Assembly (NCBI GenBank): GCA_027492035.1
Contig: JAOZFT010000007.1
Location: forward strand, 39,042-103,041
Direction of reading: 5' to 3'
Length of the DNA stretch: 64,000 nucleotides
From: Thermoproteota archaeon
GTDB lineage: Archaea > Korarchaeota > JAOZGF01 > JAOZFZ01
The notes below the pieces were generated by a model. That model searched no databases, had not been told where the DNA came from, and saw only the letters and a program-made list of their open reading frames with translations. The translations under genes and the position numbers were made by a program. This document shows positions 31,124 through 40,508 of the stretch, piece after piece; positions within the stretch are counted from its first letter, which is position 1; each line of letters opens with the position of its first letter.

Positions 31124-32422
31124 TTGAGAGAGGTGTTTGTTTTGAAGATAGCTGTTGTAGGAGCAGGAATGACTCGTTTTGACAGACCTAGGAGAGAATT
31201 GCAGGAAGAACTTGTTGCTCAAGCCTTCAAAAACATGATGGAGGACTTACCTGAACTTGACATAAAGAAAGATATTTCTGCTGCTTTCTACTCTTACTTT
31301 AGCGACCACCTTGAACAGCAGCTTTGCATGCACTGGATAATCCATGACTACCTTGGTCTTTCCTCAAAACCAGCTTATAGAGTAGAGTCTGGAGGAGCAA
31401 CTCCAATAGATGCTATTATTAACGCATATACTTTCATTAGAGCAGGACTTTTCGACTTAGTGTTAGTGGCTGGGTGGGAGAAAATGGGCGAGTTGGACAC
31501 AGCAAAAGTGAATGAATTCATTGCTATGGCTTCAGACACTGACTGGGATTACCCAGTAGGAGGTTACTACTCTGGATACTACGCCACAATGGAAGTTAGG
31601 AGGATGCATCTTTATGGAGACACTGAAGAGGACTTAGCTAAGGTAAGTGTGAAAAATCACAACAACGCAACCTATAACCCCTACGCTCACTGGAGAGCAA
31701 AAAACGGGACAAAAAAAATAACCGTGGGAGACGTGTTAAATTCAAGATTAATCTCTTACCCTTACAGGATAATGAATGTGGCTGAGGTAAGTGATGGTGC
31801 AGCTGCACTTCTTCTAGCATCAGAAAAAGTGGCAAAGAAATTCACTGATACCCCTGTCTGGATAACAGGTATCGGTTTAGGTACAGACAGTATGAGGCCA
31901 GGTGACAGAACAGGCAATCCTGCCTGGGTGGGGCTTTACCCAGAAGACGAAGCAGTGTGGCCTGAAGCAGAAACTAAACCCTTATCACCTTACCCTGAAA
32001 TGGCTAACTTTGGGTCTTTCCGAGTAGCTGCTGATTCAGCTTACAAAATGGCAGGCATAAGGAACCCTTTAAAAGAATTGGATTTTGCTGAACTCTTCAA
32101 CCCTTATGACGGAGTTGAAATTTCAGCTTATGAAGACTTAAGGTTCTGTAAGAGAGGAGAAGGAAAGAAACTTGTCAGAGAAGGAACAACTGAAAGATGG
32201 GGAGAGTTACCCACTCAATTAAGTGGAGGATTATACGGCCAAGGGCATCCCGTAGGGGCTACAACAATAGGTCAAGCTGTAACTATTTTTTGGCAACTGA
32301 GGGAGGAAATCCCTAAAAAGTGGGGGTCAAGAAATGCACAGATGCAAAACCCAAAAAGAGCCCTTCTACAAGGACATGGTGGAACAGGGACACAAGCAGG
32401 AGTAATAATTTTTGAAAGGTGA
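31124..32422 (+). CDS. SCP2-type thiolase-fold protein lacking the nucleophilic Cys
   Basis: VGAGMTRF, KNH.NA..NPYA, SDGAAA, GHPVGAT; RVESGGAT where RVExACASG is expected. Confidence 0.82.
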   Translation: MREVFVLKIAVVGAGMTRFDRPRRELQEELVAQAFKNMMEDLPELDIKKDISAAFYSYFSDHLEQQLCMHWIIHDYLGLSSKPAYRVESGGATPIDAIINAYTFIRAGLFDLVLVAGWEKMGELDTAKVNEFIAMASDTDWDYPVGGYYSGYYATMEVRRMHLYGDTEEDLAKVSVKNHNNATYNPYAHWRAKNGTKKITVGDVLNSRLISYPYRIMNVAEVSDGAAALLLASEKVAKKFTDTPVWITGIGLGTDSMRPGDRTGNPAWVGLYPEDEAVWPEAETKPLSPYPEMANFGSFRVAADSAYKMAGIRNPLKELDFAELFNPYDGVEISAYEDLRFCKRGEGKKLVREGTTERWGELPTQLSGGLYGQGHPVGATTIGQAVTIFWQLREEIPKKWGSRNAQMQNPKRALLQGHGGTGTQAGVIIFER

Positions 32423-33110
32423 GGAAGCAATGGTTTTAGAAGAAAAGGTAGAATTTGACAACTCAAAATTGAATAAATGGAAGAAATGGGCTTTAAAAGG
32501 GGATATGGGAGTTAAAGGCTACAGAATTGTAGAGGGAGCCTACGGTTCAAGGGTTGACAAGATCGAGAAAAGAAGATACATGGTCGTTGAAAGACCACAC
32601 GGCGTTGTTTACCAACATAGTTACGGTTTACTCTCTAGGTTTTATGAAGGATTACTCAACAAGAAACTTTACGGCACAAAATGTCCTAAATGTAAACTTG
32701 TTTATCTCCCACCTAGAGTTCACTGCTGGAACCCGAAATGTAAACTGGAAGAAACTGAATGGATAGAAATGCCCTTAGAGGGTGAAATAGTTACTTACAC
32801 AATAATGGCCTTTGCAGCAACTCCCTTCCTTAAAGATTTACCGTTCATTTTAACTTACGTGAAAATAGGGAACTCCTGCACTGCAGTACCTCTCCAGTTA
32901 AGAGAAGTAAACCCTTTGAATGTACATGTGGGACTAAAAGTCAAAGTAAAGTTTGTAGATAAACCAAAAGGAGATTTAATGGATATTTACGTGGTGCCGG
33001 CTGAAAAACCGAAGCCACCAAAAAGAAGCAAAGAAGAAGAGGAAAGACTGAAGAAAGACTTAAAAATAGTTGAAGAATGGGTTAAGAAGCACTTTCCAAA
33101 AGAACAATAA
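32412..33110 (+). CDS. DUF35 Zn-ribbon/OB-fold protein (thiolase partner)
   Basis: CPKC...PPRVHC..PKC, GEIVTYT, VGLKVKVKF. Confidence 0.85.
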   Translation: MKGEEAMVLEEKVEFDNSKLNKWKKWALKGDMGVKGYRIVEGAYGSRVDKIEKRRYMVVERPHGVVYQHSYGLLSRFYEGLLNKKLYGTKCPKCKLVYLPPRVHCWNPKCKLEETEWIEMPLEGEIVTYTIMAFAATPFLKDLPFILTYVKIGNSCTAVPLQLREVNPLNVHVGLKVKVKFVDKPKGDLMDIYVVPAEKPKPPKRSKEEEERLKKDLKIVEEWVKKHFPKEQ

Positions 33111-33184
33111 ACTTTCATCTCCCCACTTTTTTATTAAAAAATTTGAAACATATCAAAAGGAAGAAGTTAATTAAAGGAAAGGAT

Positions 33185-33505
33185 TTAAAGCCTTAATTTC
33201 CAGATTTTGTAAATATGGTAAAGTCCATAAATAAAAAGGATTAAAAAAATTATTTCTAAGAGTTCATCCACAAAAAGAAGAGAAAAACCTAAAACAAAGA
33301 AGCGTCTTGGGTTTAAGAAACGAACTAACCTCAAAAAATCATGCGCCATAAAAACTATAGAAGCAAAGAAAATGGCAGAAAACCCCTTCTTAAAAACACT
33401 TCCACCAAAAATTTTCAGTACATATAACCCAATTACGCCTGCAATTACTCCTAAACAGAAAATTGTGAGTTCCAATATTAATCCAATACTTAGCATAGAG
33501 AACAA
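33185..33505 (-). CDS. Small membrane protein (about 3 TM), unknown function
   Basis: Hydrophobic helices; GGGGT RBS; last gene of the minus-strand cluster. Confidence 0.6.
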   Translation of the reverse strand: MFSMLSIGLILELTIFCLGVIAGVIGLYVLKIFGGSVFKKGFSAIFFASIVFMAHDFLRLVRFLNPRRFFVLGFSLLFVDELLEIIFLILFIYGLYHIYKIWKLRL

Positions 33506-33528
33506 CGTGACCCCCTTTTAAAAGTTTT

Positions 33529-33816
33529 TTAAAATGTCAAGTACCCTTCCTTTTTCAATTTTACTAAGAGCTGCTTAACCTCCTCAAAACTGAACCCCTC
33601 GATTTTACTTTGTTCTATATAGATTTCTTTCATGGTTTTTACACCGTCGATGTTTAAAATTACCCCCTTCTCTCTTTCATCCAGTTCCTTTATTGCATTT
33701 AAAAAGAAATCCATCTTCTGTAAGGGACTTACCCACACCGGAATCGCTTTTTCAAAGGAACTCATTCTTTCTTCTTCCAAACCCTTTTTCTTAACAGAAT
33801 CTAAGCCCCTGCTCAT
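33529..33816 (-). CDS. Small winged-helix-module protein
   Basis: AIPVW...ILNIDGVKTMKEI...LVKLKKEGYLTF; 4-bp overlap with the upstream gene. Confidence 0.55.
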   Translation of the reverse strand: MSRGLDSVKKKGLEEERMSSFEKAIPVWVSPLQKMDFFLNAIKELDEREKGVILNIDGVKTMKEIYIEQSKIEGFSFEEVKQLLVKLKKEGYLTF

Positions 33817-34406
33817 TTAACCACTTCAATAGGTTTCAGAGTAAGTATGTGATAAAAGACCTTTTTCTCAAATACTTCTCTTATGTCCGCCGAGAAGGGT
33901 TCACCTAAAGCTATTTCAAAAATTCCAGCTATTAACCCTGCAAAATAGCTCCAATCCTTTACTTTTAATGTTTTGTTTCCTATTCTGAAAATATAAGGCG
34001 GAGATTTCTTTAATTTACCGTTTGAAACTGTTCTATCGAATAATAAATTGAAAATCTTGATTTTAATTGTAAACTTTTCTGCATCAGCCTTAACTACCAC
34101 TACTTGACTTTGATTCCCGGTTAAATAAGATGTTAAGGTGGGAAGAGAGTTAGAGACTGTACGGAAAATTTCTTCCTTCAACTCTTTCTTTATTGTTTCA
34201 TCTAAAGCTGCTAAAGACAATACTTCTTTCCCTATCTCCCTCCCTATTTTCTTTCCGGTTAAATAAACGTAGTCTTTTAAACCTAATGAAGATATTGCGT
34301 TCTGCAATTCAACAAGCTGAATAAGAAGTATTTTAACCATTTTATCAGTTACCTTAAAGGTTTCGGCGCAGTCATCCTCTATTAAATGATTGAGAAATGG
34401 ATTCAT
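33813..34406 (-). CDS. V4R/Bet3-like fold protein
   Basis: YLTGKKIGREIG helix and YFAGLIAGIFEIALG motif typical of the V4R/H-NOX/TRAPP fold; no Zn-binding Cys in that part. Confidence 0.5.
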   Translation of the reverse strand: MNPFLNHLIEDDCAETFKVTDKMVKILLIQLVELQNAISSLGLKDYVYLTGKKIGREIGKEVLSLAALDETIKKELKEEIFRTVSNSLPTLTSYLTGNQSQVVVVKADAEKFTIKIKIFNLLFDRTVSNGKLKKSPPYIFRIGNKTLKVKDWSYFAGLIAGIFEIALGEPFSADIREVFEKKVFYHILTLKPIEVVK

Positions 34407-34456
34407 AAAATTCCCGCTTCTTTTAAGTTTTTGAAAAGAACAAATTCAAGTAAGGG

Positions 34457-35158
34457 TTACTTCTCTTTAAAAAAGGGAAGGATTTCTAACTGAGTCATGT
34501 CTTTAAGTATTAAAGTACAACCAGACTTTTTCAGTTCCTTCCTTGTCGCGTAACCTGTAGAAACAGCTATAAAAGGTATTCCAGCACTCTCCGCACATTT
34601 TAAATCTAAAGGATGGTCCCCAATAAAAACTGCCTTTTTAACCCCTAATTTTTTAAGTATAGTTAAAATTGGTTCTTTACTTGGTTTAGGAGTTTCTACA
34701 TCGTTCCTAGCCACTATTTCGTCCACATAATCTATCAAACCTGTCTTTTCTAAGGCTTTAACAGCATATTCCCGACATGCTCTTGTAACAACTCCAATTT
34801 TAAATCCTTCCTTTTTTAAATGGGCTAAGACCTCTTTTACCCCCTCAATTGATTTAACAGAAGTTAAACCTTCCATTTCGTATCTGTTCATTAAAGAGTT
34901 AATTTCTTCTTTAATATGCTGGGTTTCTATTTCCCGTTTCTGTTTTAAGTAATTCATGCCTTTAGTTATAATTTCGTAAGTAACTTCTTCCAAAGTGAAA
35001 AAATTCATAGGTACTCCTTTTCTTACAAAGTAGTTCACTAAAGCCTTCTTCATCGACCTAAAATCTATTTTTGAATGGATTAATGTTCCATCTAAATCGA
35101 AAAGAAAAGCTTCTAATTTAACTTTTGAACCTCTCAATTCGCTCAAACCCTTCTTCAA
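34457..35158 (-). CDS. HAD-superfamily phosphatase (phosphoglycolate phosphatase-like)
   Basis: FDLDGTL, VVTR, KPS, FIGDHPLD. Confidence 0.88.
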   Translation of the reverse strand: MKKGLSELRGSKVKLEAFLFDLDGTLIHSKIDFRSMKKALVNYFVRKGVPMNFFTLEEVTYEIITKGMNYLKQKREIETQHIKEEINSLMNRYEMEGLTSVKSIEGVKEVLAHLKKEGFKIGVVTRACREYAVKALEKTGLIDYVDEIVARNDVETPKPSKEPILTILKKLGVKKAVFIGDHPLDLKCAESAGIPFIAVSTGYATRKELKKSGCTLILKDMTQLEILPFFKEK

Positions 35159-35262
35159 GCAAAAACGTTAATCAATACTTTTCAGAGTTGAAAATCTTAA
35201 TTTTGTGGAGAAATCAAATTTTCCAAAAAAAGGAAGGGCTTGGGAAAGAATCCATGAATAAT

Positions 35263-36192
35263 TCATTTCTTGAAGAAGGCAAAAGTTAATTTTCCTTTCT
35301 TATACAACTCTACGTAGCCCTTCAACAGTTCCTCTTCTGAAACTTTGTTTTTAAAGTATCCACTTGTGGCTTCATAAATTTCTTTTAAATTTCTTTCGCC
35401 TGTAACTAACGCTAAGGTACCGTAAATCAAGGTTTCTTTATTGTTTAGGCTGTAGCTTTCCCTTTTTTCAAAAACAAAATTGGGAAGCAATTTAGGCACA
35501 ACATCTTCTAACTTAAAAATACGCGGTATAAATGACGAAAGTGCAATGAATTTTATATTTTCTATTATATTAATAACTAAAGGGAGATATTCAGGCTTCA
35601 ATGAGGCTTTCTTTAAACTTTCACTTGCTGATAGACTCGCAATCATAGCTGAACCATAAAAAATGTTTATCTTTACAAGAAGTTCCTTAACTTTATTCTT
35701 GATTATTACTGAAGTAAGTTCAGGTGGTTCATCCCATATTTCGTCAAGGAACTCCTTCTCAAAAAGTGAACTTACAGGTTCAGAATTCACCCATTTTTTC
35801 TCATCCAGCAAAAAAACACAAGTTTCCTTATTTAATTTATCCTTGACCATAGAAAATACTTCAGGGCTAAGTATAAGTACCCATCCTCTTTCAACAGGCA
35901 ATATTTCCATTATATCTTGTTGATCCAAATCAGTTCCCAAATAAAGGTTTAAATTGGCGTTTTCACTCCTTTCTTCATTCTCAATGTTTTCTTTAAAATA
36001 CTTCATCACCGGGCCTGAGAAATATTGAATATTTTCTACAAACGAGAACTCAGAAAGGGACTGAAGAATTTCTTTAGGTGCCTCAAATAAACCAACTATT
36101 ATTAAGGGTTTCCTGGTTAATATACAATTAATAAATTTTTCAAGGTTCCCTCTTCCAAAAACCTTTTTTAATTCAGCAAAACCCAAAAGCAT
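35263..36192 (-). CDS. Hypothetical protein: cDENN-like N-terminal region plus C-terminal wHTH module
   Basis: Intact 309-aa ORF with GAGGGG RBS; fold assignment is from pattern only (see findings). Confidence 0.45.
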   Translation of the reverse strand: MLLGFAELKKVFGRGNLEKFINCILTRKPLIIVGLFEAPKEILQSLSEFSFVENIQYFSGPVMKYFKENIENEERSENANLNLYLGTDLDQQDIMEILPVERGWVLILSPEVFSMVKDKLNKETCVFLLDEKKWVNSEPVSSLFEKEFLDEIWDEPPELTSVIIKNKVKELLVKINIFYGSAMIASLSASESLKKASLKPEYLPLVINIIENIKFIALSSFIPRIFKLEDVVPKLLPNFVFEKRESYSLNNKETLIYGTLALVTGERNLKEIYEATSGYFKNKVSEEELLKGYVELYKKGKLTFAFFKK

Positions 36193-36227
36193 CCCCTCAA
36201 TAATCCCCCTAACTTTTCTAAACCTCT

Positions 36228-36686
36228 TTAAATTCTTGGTTTCAAAATTTTATTTTTGAAACAGTAGGCTACTATTTTTGAGGCAGCGTCTTTACTTAAA
36301 AGATTCTCTTCCGCTATTTCTTTCAAAGTTTTTGAATTATCTACACTCGAAAGAAAGTCTATAGCTTCTACACCAAACGATTTAACTAATTCATCCTTAA
36401 ATCCACCAAAAAATGATTTTTCAAAATTTTCTGCCTTCTCAAGCACTACAGATTCACCTATTAAGAAAAGAACCCCTTTCTCCATTAATTTCTTAACAGC
36501 CTTCATGAATGCTTCAAAAGGAAAAGCATGTTTAAAAACGGGAGACAAGTTTTCATATAAAGCTGAAACGGTATTTAACCCATTAGAAGTCACTACTAAA
36601 ACAAGTTCTTCTAAAGAAGAAACCTTCAAGGAAGCTAATAAATCAAAGTTTCCAATGACGACAGGTGCAGCCTCTTCTAAACTCAC
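36228..36686 (-). CDS. Hypothetical protein with two wHTH modules
   Basis: SNGLNTVSALY...KKLMEKGVL and VDNSKTLKEIAEE...YCFKNKIL. Confidence 0.5.
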   Translation of the reverse strand: MSLEEAAPVVIGNFDLLASLKVSSLEELVLVVTSNGLNTVSALYENLSPVFKHAFPFEAFMKAVKKLMEKGVLFLIGESVVLEKAENFEKSFFGGFKDELVKSFGVEAIDFLSSVDNSKTLKEIAEENLLSKDAASKIVAYCFKNKILKPRI

Positions 36687-36899
36687 CCTTAAATCACCCT
36701 TTTTCCACTTTCTCTACTTGAAACCCTTTATAATGAATTTAAATGAAATGTTAGAAATAAAAATTTTTTAACTTTAAATTCCAAAACTGTTTTCAGTATT
36801 TTCTTACCTGAAAGAAAATTATTTAAATATAATTCCTTGTGAAAGTAATTTTTTGAAAAAGTTTTTCACGTTATAAGTTTAGGAAAAGGAGTTCTTACC

Positions 36900-38675
36900 A
36901 TGAACTCTGTAACAGGTTCAACAAAAATTTTTTCTGAATTAAGAAGTATATTTGAAAATTTTCCGCAACCAGTCTTGGCTTTAAATGATAAATTTGAACT
37001 AACTTATTTCAATGAAGCTTTTGAAAAGTTAACAGGGTACATTAAGTCTGAACTGTTAAGTAAAAAAATTTTCAGTCTTTTCCCAGAGTCTTATATTTCA
37101 GAAAAGAACCATTCATACTTTGCGTTGAAAAATGAAGAAAAAATACTCACGTTAAAGAAACAGGATGGAAATCTCATAACCGTAAAGACGCAAATGTTTA
37201 ATTTAAACGCTTTTCCAAGTCTTAAGTTCATTATTTTGAAAGAAACCAACACTTCAGAGTTTACATATAAAGAATTGCTTGAAAATTCGTTAGTTGGGAT
37301 ATATTTGGTTCAGGACGGGGTTTTCAAGCTTGTAAACAAGAAATTTTTAGAGATAGGGGGATATAGGGAAGAGGAAGTTATAAATAAGCCCTTTTGGTTG
37401 TTTATTCATCCACAGGACAGGGAAATCGTTAAAAAGAGGGGATTACAAAGGGAGAAAGGAGATAATGTGCCTTCCCAGTATCAGTTTAAGGCTTTAAGAA
37501 AAAACGGCGAATCAATAGACGTGGAAATAAGGGCCGTTAGAGTAAAATATAACGGAAAACCAGCCATACTTGGAAATGTACGAGACATAACTAACCTTAA
37601 AAGAAAGGAGGAGGAGTTAAGGAAACTAAAGGAATTTAATGAAATGATTATCAGAAATATGCAGGAAGGAGTAATTCTTCGAGACCTACATGACAAAATT
37701 GTTTTCGTAAACCCAAAAATAGCCGAAATAACCGGTTTTAAAGAAGAAGAACTTGTAGGTTCTGAATGGAATAAATTGTTTACATTCAGTGAATATGAAG
37801 AAGAGGGAAGCAGAAGAGACAAGGAAAGAACAAGCCGGCGTTACGAAGCGTATTTAAAAACAAAAAAGGGGGAAATGATTCCAGTGATGATTAACTCAAA
37901 CTCTCTTACAAAAGAGGGTGGGTTTCAAGGCTTCCTTTCAGTAATTGTTGATACAAGAGAAATTAAGGAAATGGAGAAGGAACTGAAAGAAGTAATTAGA
38001 GACCTGAAAAATTTCGACTTTATAATTTCCCAAGACCTAAAAGGCCCTATAAGGGCAATCAGGAACTATGCCCTTTTCTTGAAAAAGGAAATAAAGAAAC
38101 TGAAAGAAATTCCACCGGAAGTTTCATTATATACTGAAAGAATAATTAAAAACACCAAAATCCTTAATAAAATGATTGAAGACTTGCTTTACTACTCTAT
38201 TTTAAGTAAGTCACAAATGAGATTTAAGGAAGTGAATCTGGATCAAGTAATTAAGGATATACTTTTTAACCTGAAAGAAACAATAAGGGAAAATAATGCT
38301 CAAGTGATTATTAATAATCCACTGCCTAAGGTTAAGGGAGCTAAATCACAACTTTATAAGCTTTTTGAAATATTAATTTTGGATGGTATAACCTTTAATT
38401 ACAGCTCAAACCCCCTTGTTAAAATAAGTTATGTAAGAGACAATGAAGGGTTTATCTTCAAAATTGAAGACAACGGAACATTTTTAACGGAGTACCAATT
38501 AAGAAACCTTTTTAAGTCAGCAAGAGGGCTTCGTTTAGCTAAGGAGGAACACTTAAGTTTAAGCACTAATTTAGCAATTTGTAAGAGAATAGTTGAGAGA
38601 CACGAGGGGAAATTATGGGTTGAAACGAGGAGAAACAAAGGGACAACTGTTTATTTAACCTTCCCTCACCCTTAA
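36900..38675 (+). CDS. Cytoplasmic 3xPAS histidine-kinase-like protein, catalytically degenerate
   Basis: Three PAS/PAC repeats (NEAFEKLTGY, NKKFLEIGGY..IHPQDR, NPKIAEITGF); HisKA/HATPase scaffold with H, N, G1 and G2 boxes altered. Confidence 0.85.
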   Translation: MNSVTGSTKIFSELRSIFENFPQPVLALNDKFELTYFNEAFEKLTGYIKSELLSKKIFSLFPESYISEKNHSYFALKNEEKILTLKKQDGNLITVKTQMFNLNAFPSLKFIILKETNTSEFTYKELLENSLVGIYLVQDGVFKLVNKKFLEIGGYREEEVINKPFWLFIHPQDREIVKKRGLQREKGDNVPSQYQFKALRKNGESIDVEIRAVRVKYNGKPAILGNVRDITNLKRKEEELRKLKEFNEMIIRNMQEGVILRDLHDKIVFVNPKIAEITGFKEEELVGSEWNKLFTFSEYEEEGSRRDKERTSRRYEAYLKTKKGEMIPVMINSNSLTKEGGFQGFLSVIVDTREIKEMEKELKEVIRDLKNFDFIISQDLKGPIRAIRNYALFLKKEIKKLKEIPPEVSLYTERIIKNTKILNKMIEDLLYYSILSKSQMRFKEVNLDQVIKDILFNLKETIRENNAQVIINNPLPKVKGAKSQLYKLFEILILDGITFNYSSNPLVKISYVRDNEGFIFKIEDNGTFLTEYQLRNLFKSARGLRLAKEEHLSLSTNLAICKRIVERHEGKLWVETRRNKGTTVYLTFPHP

Positions 38676-38684
38676 ATGGAAAAT

Positions 38685-39272
38685 TTAAAGAAGGAAAACC
38701 AAAGCAACTAAAGGCAAAGTTACAACAGCCCAGAAGAGCTTATTCCAAGCAAAAACTTTGCTTCCATCGAGAGGGGGGATAGGGATTAAGTTGAAAAGAG
38801 CCAGCCACAGATTCACTTGGTAACCTAAGTTCCAGACAGTGTGAAAGAGAGGGATGAAAAGTTTGAAAATAAAGAAGGTTAAAGCCAACACAACATTGCT
38901 TAACGGCCCTGCTACACTTATTAATCCGTTATCCCTCCTTGAATCATAGTAAGATTCAAAGTAAACAAGGGGAGTGATGTAGACTGCTCCAGGTGCTGCA
39001 AAAACAAATATTCCCCGTGTAAGAAGGGAGAAAATCAAAGCTAAAAGCAAACCCTCAATCCAAAGTCTATATTCAGCCCAGTAACCAAGTTTTTGGGCTA
39101 TAAATTTATGGGACATTTCATGAACAACAAAACCCAGTCCTAAAGTTAACATTGCAATAAAAAAAGTTACAGCAAGCAGTTTTGGATGCATTATTGCACC
39201 TGTTGAAAAACAAAAACTTAAAACAAGCCAAGAAATAAGAATCTGCATTAATTCATTCTTGCCAAACTTCAC
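38685..39272 (-). CDS. Site-2 protease (M50) family metalloprotease
   Basis: HEMSH, AGPLSN, FNLIPIPPLDG. Confidence 0.9.
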   Translation of the reverse strand: MKFGKNELMQILISWLVLSFCFSTGAIMHPKLLAVTFFIAMLTLGLGFVVHEMSHKFIAQKLGYWAEYRLWIEGLLLALIFSLLTRGIFVFAAPGAVYITPLVYFESYYDSRRDNGLISVAGPLSNVVLALTFFIFKLFIPLFHTVWNLGYQVNLWLALFNLIPIPPLDGSKVFAWNKLFWAVVTLPLVALVFLL

Positions 39273-39289
39273 CCTTCACAACCTCCTCT

Positions 39290-40364
39290 TCATACATACT
39301 CAAGTATTGTCTTGTATTTTTCTTCTAACAGGTTTGAAACCTTAACTCCCACCAATCTTACCTTTCTCTTGTCAGTAGAAAAGTTCCTAAATAACTCATT
39401 CGCTGTGCTTTTTAAAATGTTTAACTCTTGAACATAACTTTTCAAAGTTTTGCTTTTTGAATGGGTCTCAAAATCCTCAAACCTCACTTTTACAGTTACT
39501 GTTCTGAAAAGAAGTTTTTTCTTCTTAACTTTCTTCAAAACTTCAGAGCAAAGTTTCATTAGAGTTGATAAAATCTCAAATTTATTTTTCGTATCCCTTT
39601 CAAAAGTTTTTTCTTTACTGACAGATTTGGTGATTCCCCTTTCCTCAACTTCACTTTCATCTAACCCCCTGGCTAACTTCTGAAGTTCGCCTCCGTAATT
39701 TCCTAGTTTCTCAATTAAAAGCCGAGTTTCAGCCTGAGCTAAATCACCTATTGTCTCTATTCCTAATTTTTTAAGTTTTTCAGCTGTTTTTTCTCCTATT
39801 CCCCACAAAAGTTCAACCTTTAAAGGGGATAAGAAATCTTTTACTTTTCCAGGTTTAATCACCAATAAACCATCAGGTTTACTGAAGTTTGAAGCAATTT
39901 TAGCCACTAGTTTATTGGGTGCAACCCCTATTGAGCAAGTGAGGCCCTCTTTCTCCAAAATTTCCTTTTTAATTTCCAAGGCTAACTTTTCTGCTTCATC
40001 AAAGCTCTTCACTTTTCTGGTTACATCCAGAAATGCTTCGTCAATACTTACTTGTTGAAACTTGACAGCGTACCTCCTTAAAATAGACATTATTCTCTCA
40101 GAAACTTTTCTATAAAGTTGTATGTTCACAGGCAAGTAAATTCCTTCTGGACATAACTTGTAAGCTTTAGAAATAGGCATACCCGACTTTAAACCATATT
40201 TTCGGGCTAAGTAGTTACAGGTGCTGACTACCCCTCTTCCACGTCCCTGCTTAGGGTCTGCACCAACGATAACAGGTTTATTTTTTATTGAAGGATTAAG
40301 TTTCTCCTCTACGGCAGCGAAAAAAATAATCCATGTCAACATGGAAAACAATCCTTTTCTTCAC
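39290..40364 (-). pseudogene. dinB: Y-family DNA polymerase IV (DinB/Dbh), split by a +1 frameshift at codon ~14 (pseudogene, recoded gene or sequence error)
   Basis: GTG at 40364 gives MKKRIVFHVDMDYFF; FAAVEE...SIDEAFLD...NKLVAKIAS...KPDG continues in another frame; T7 run at 40320-40326. Confidence 0.85.
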
Positions 40365-40508
40365 TGTAACCCCCTTAATTTTTCCCTTTTCAAGAAAAAT
40401 TCTTTTTAATAGTGAGGGTTTAAAATTATAAATGTTTTCCTGAGTACTTACTAAGTCCCTGTTCCATCTTTTCAAAAAATAAGGTATAGAAAAACATGAG
40501 GAGTTTTT

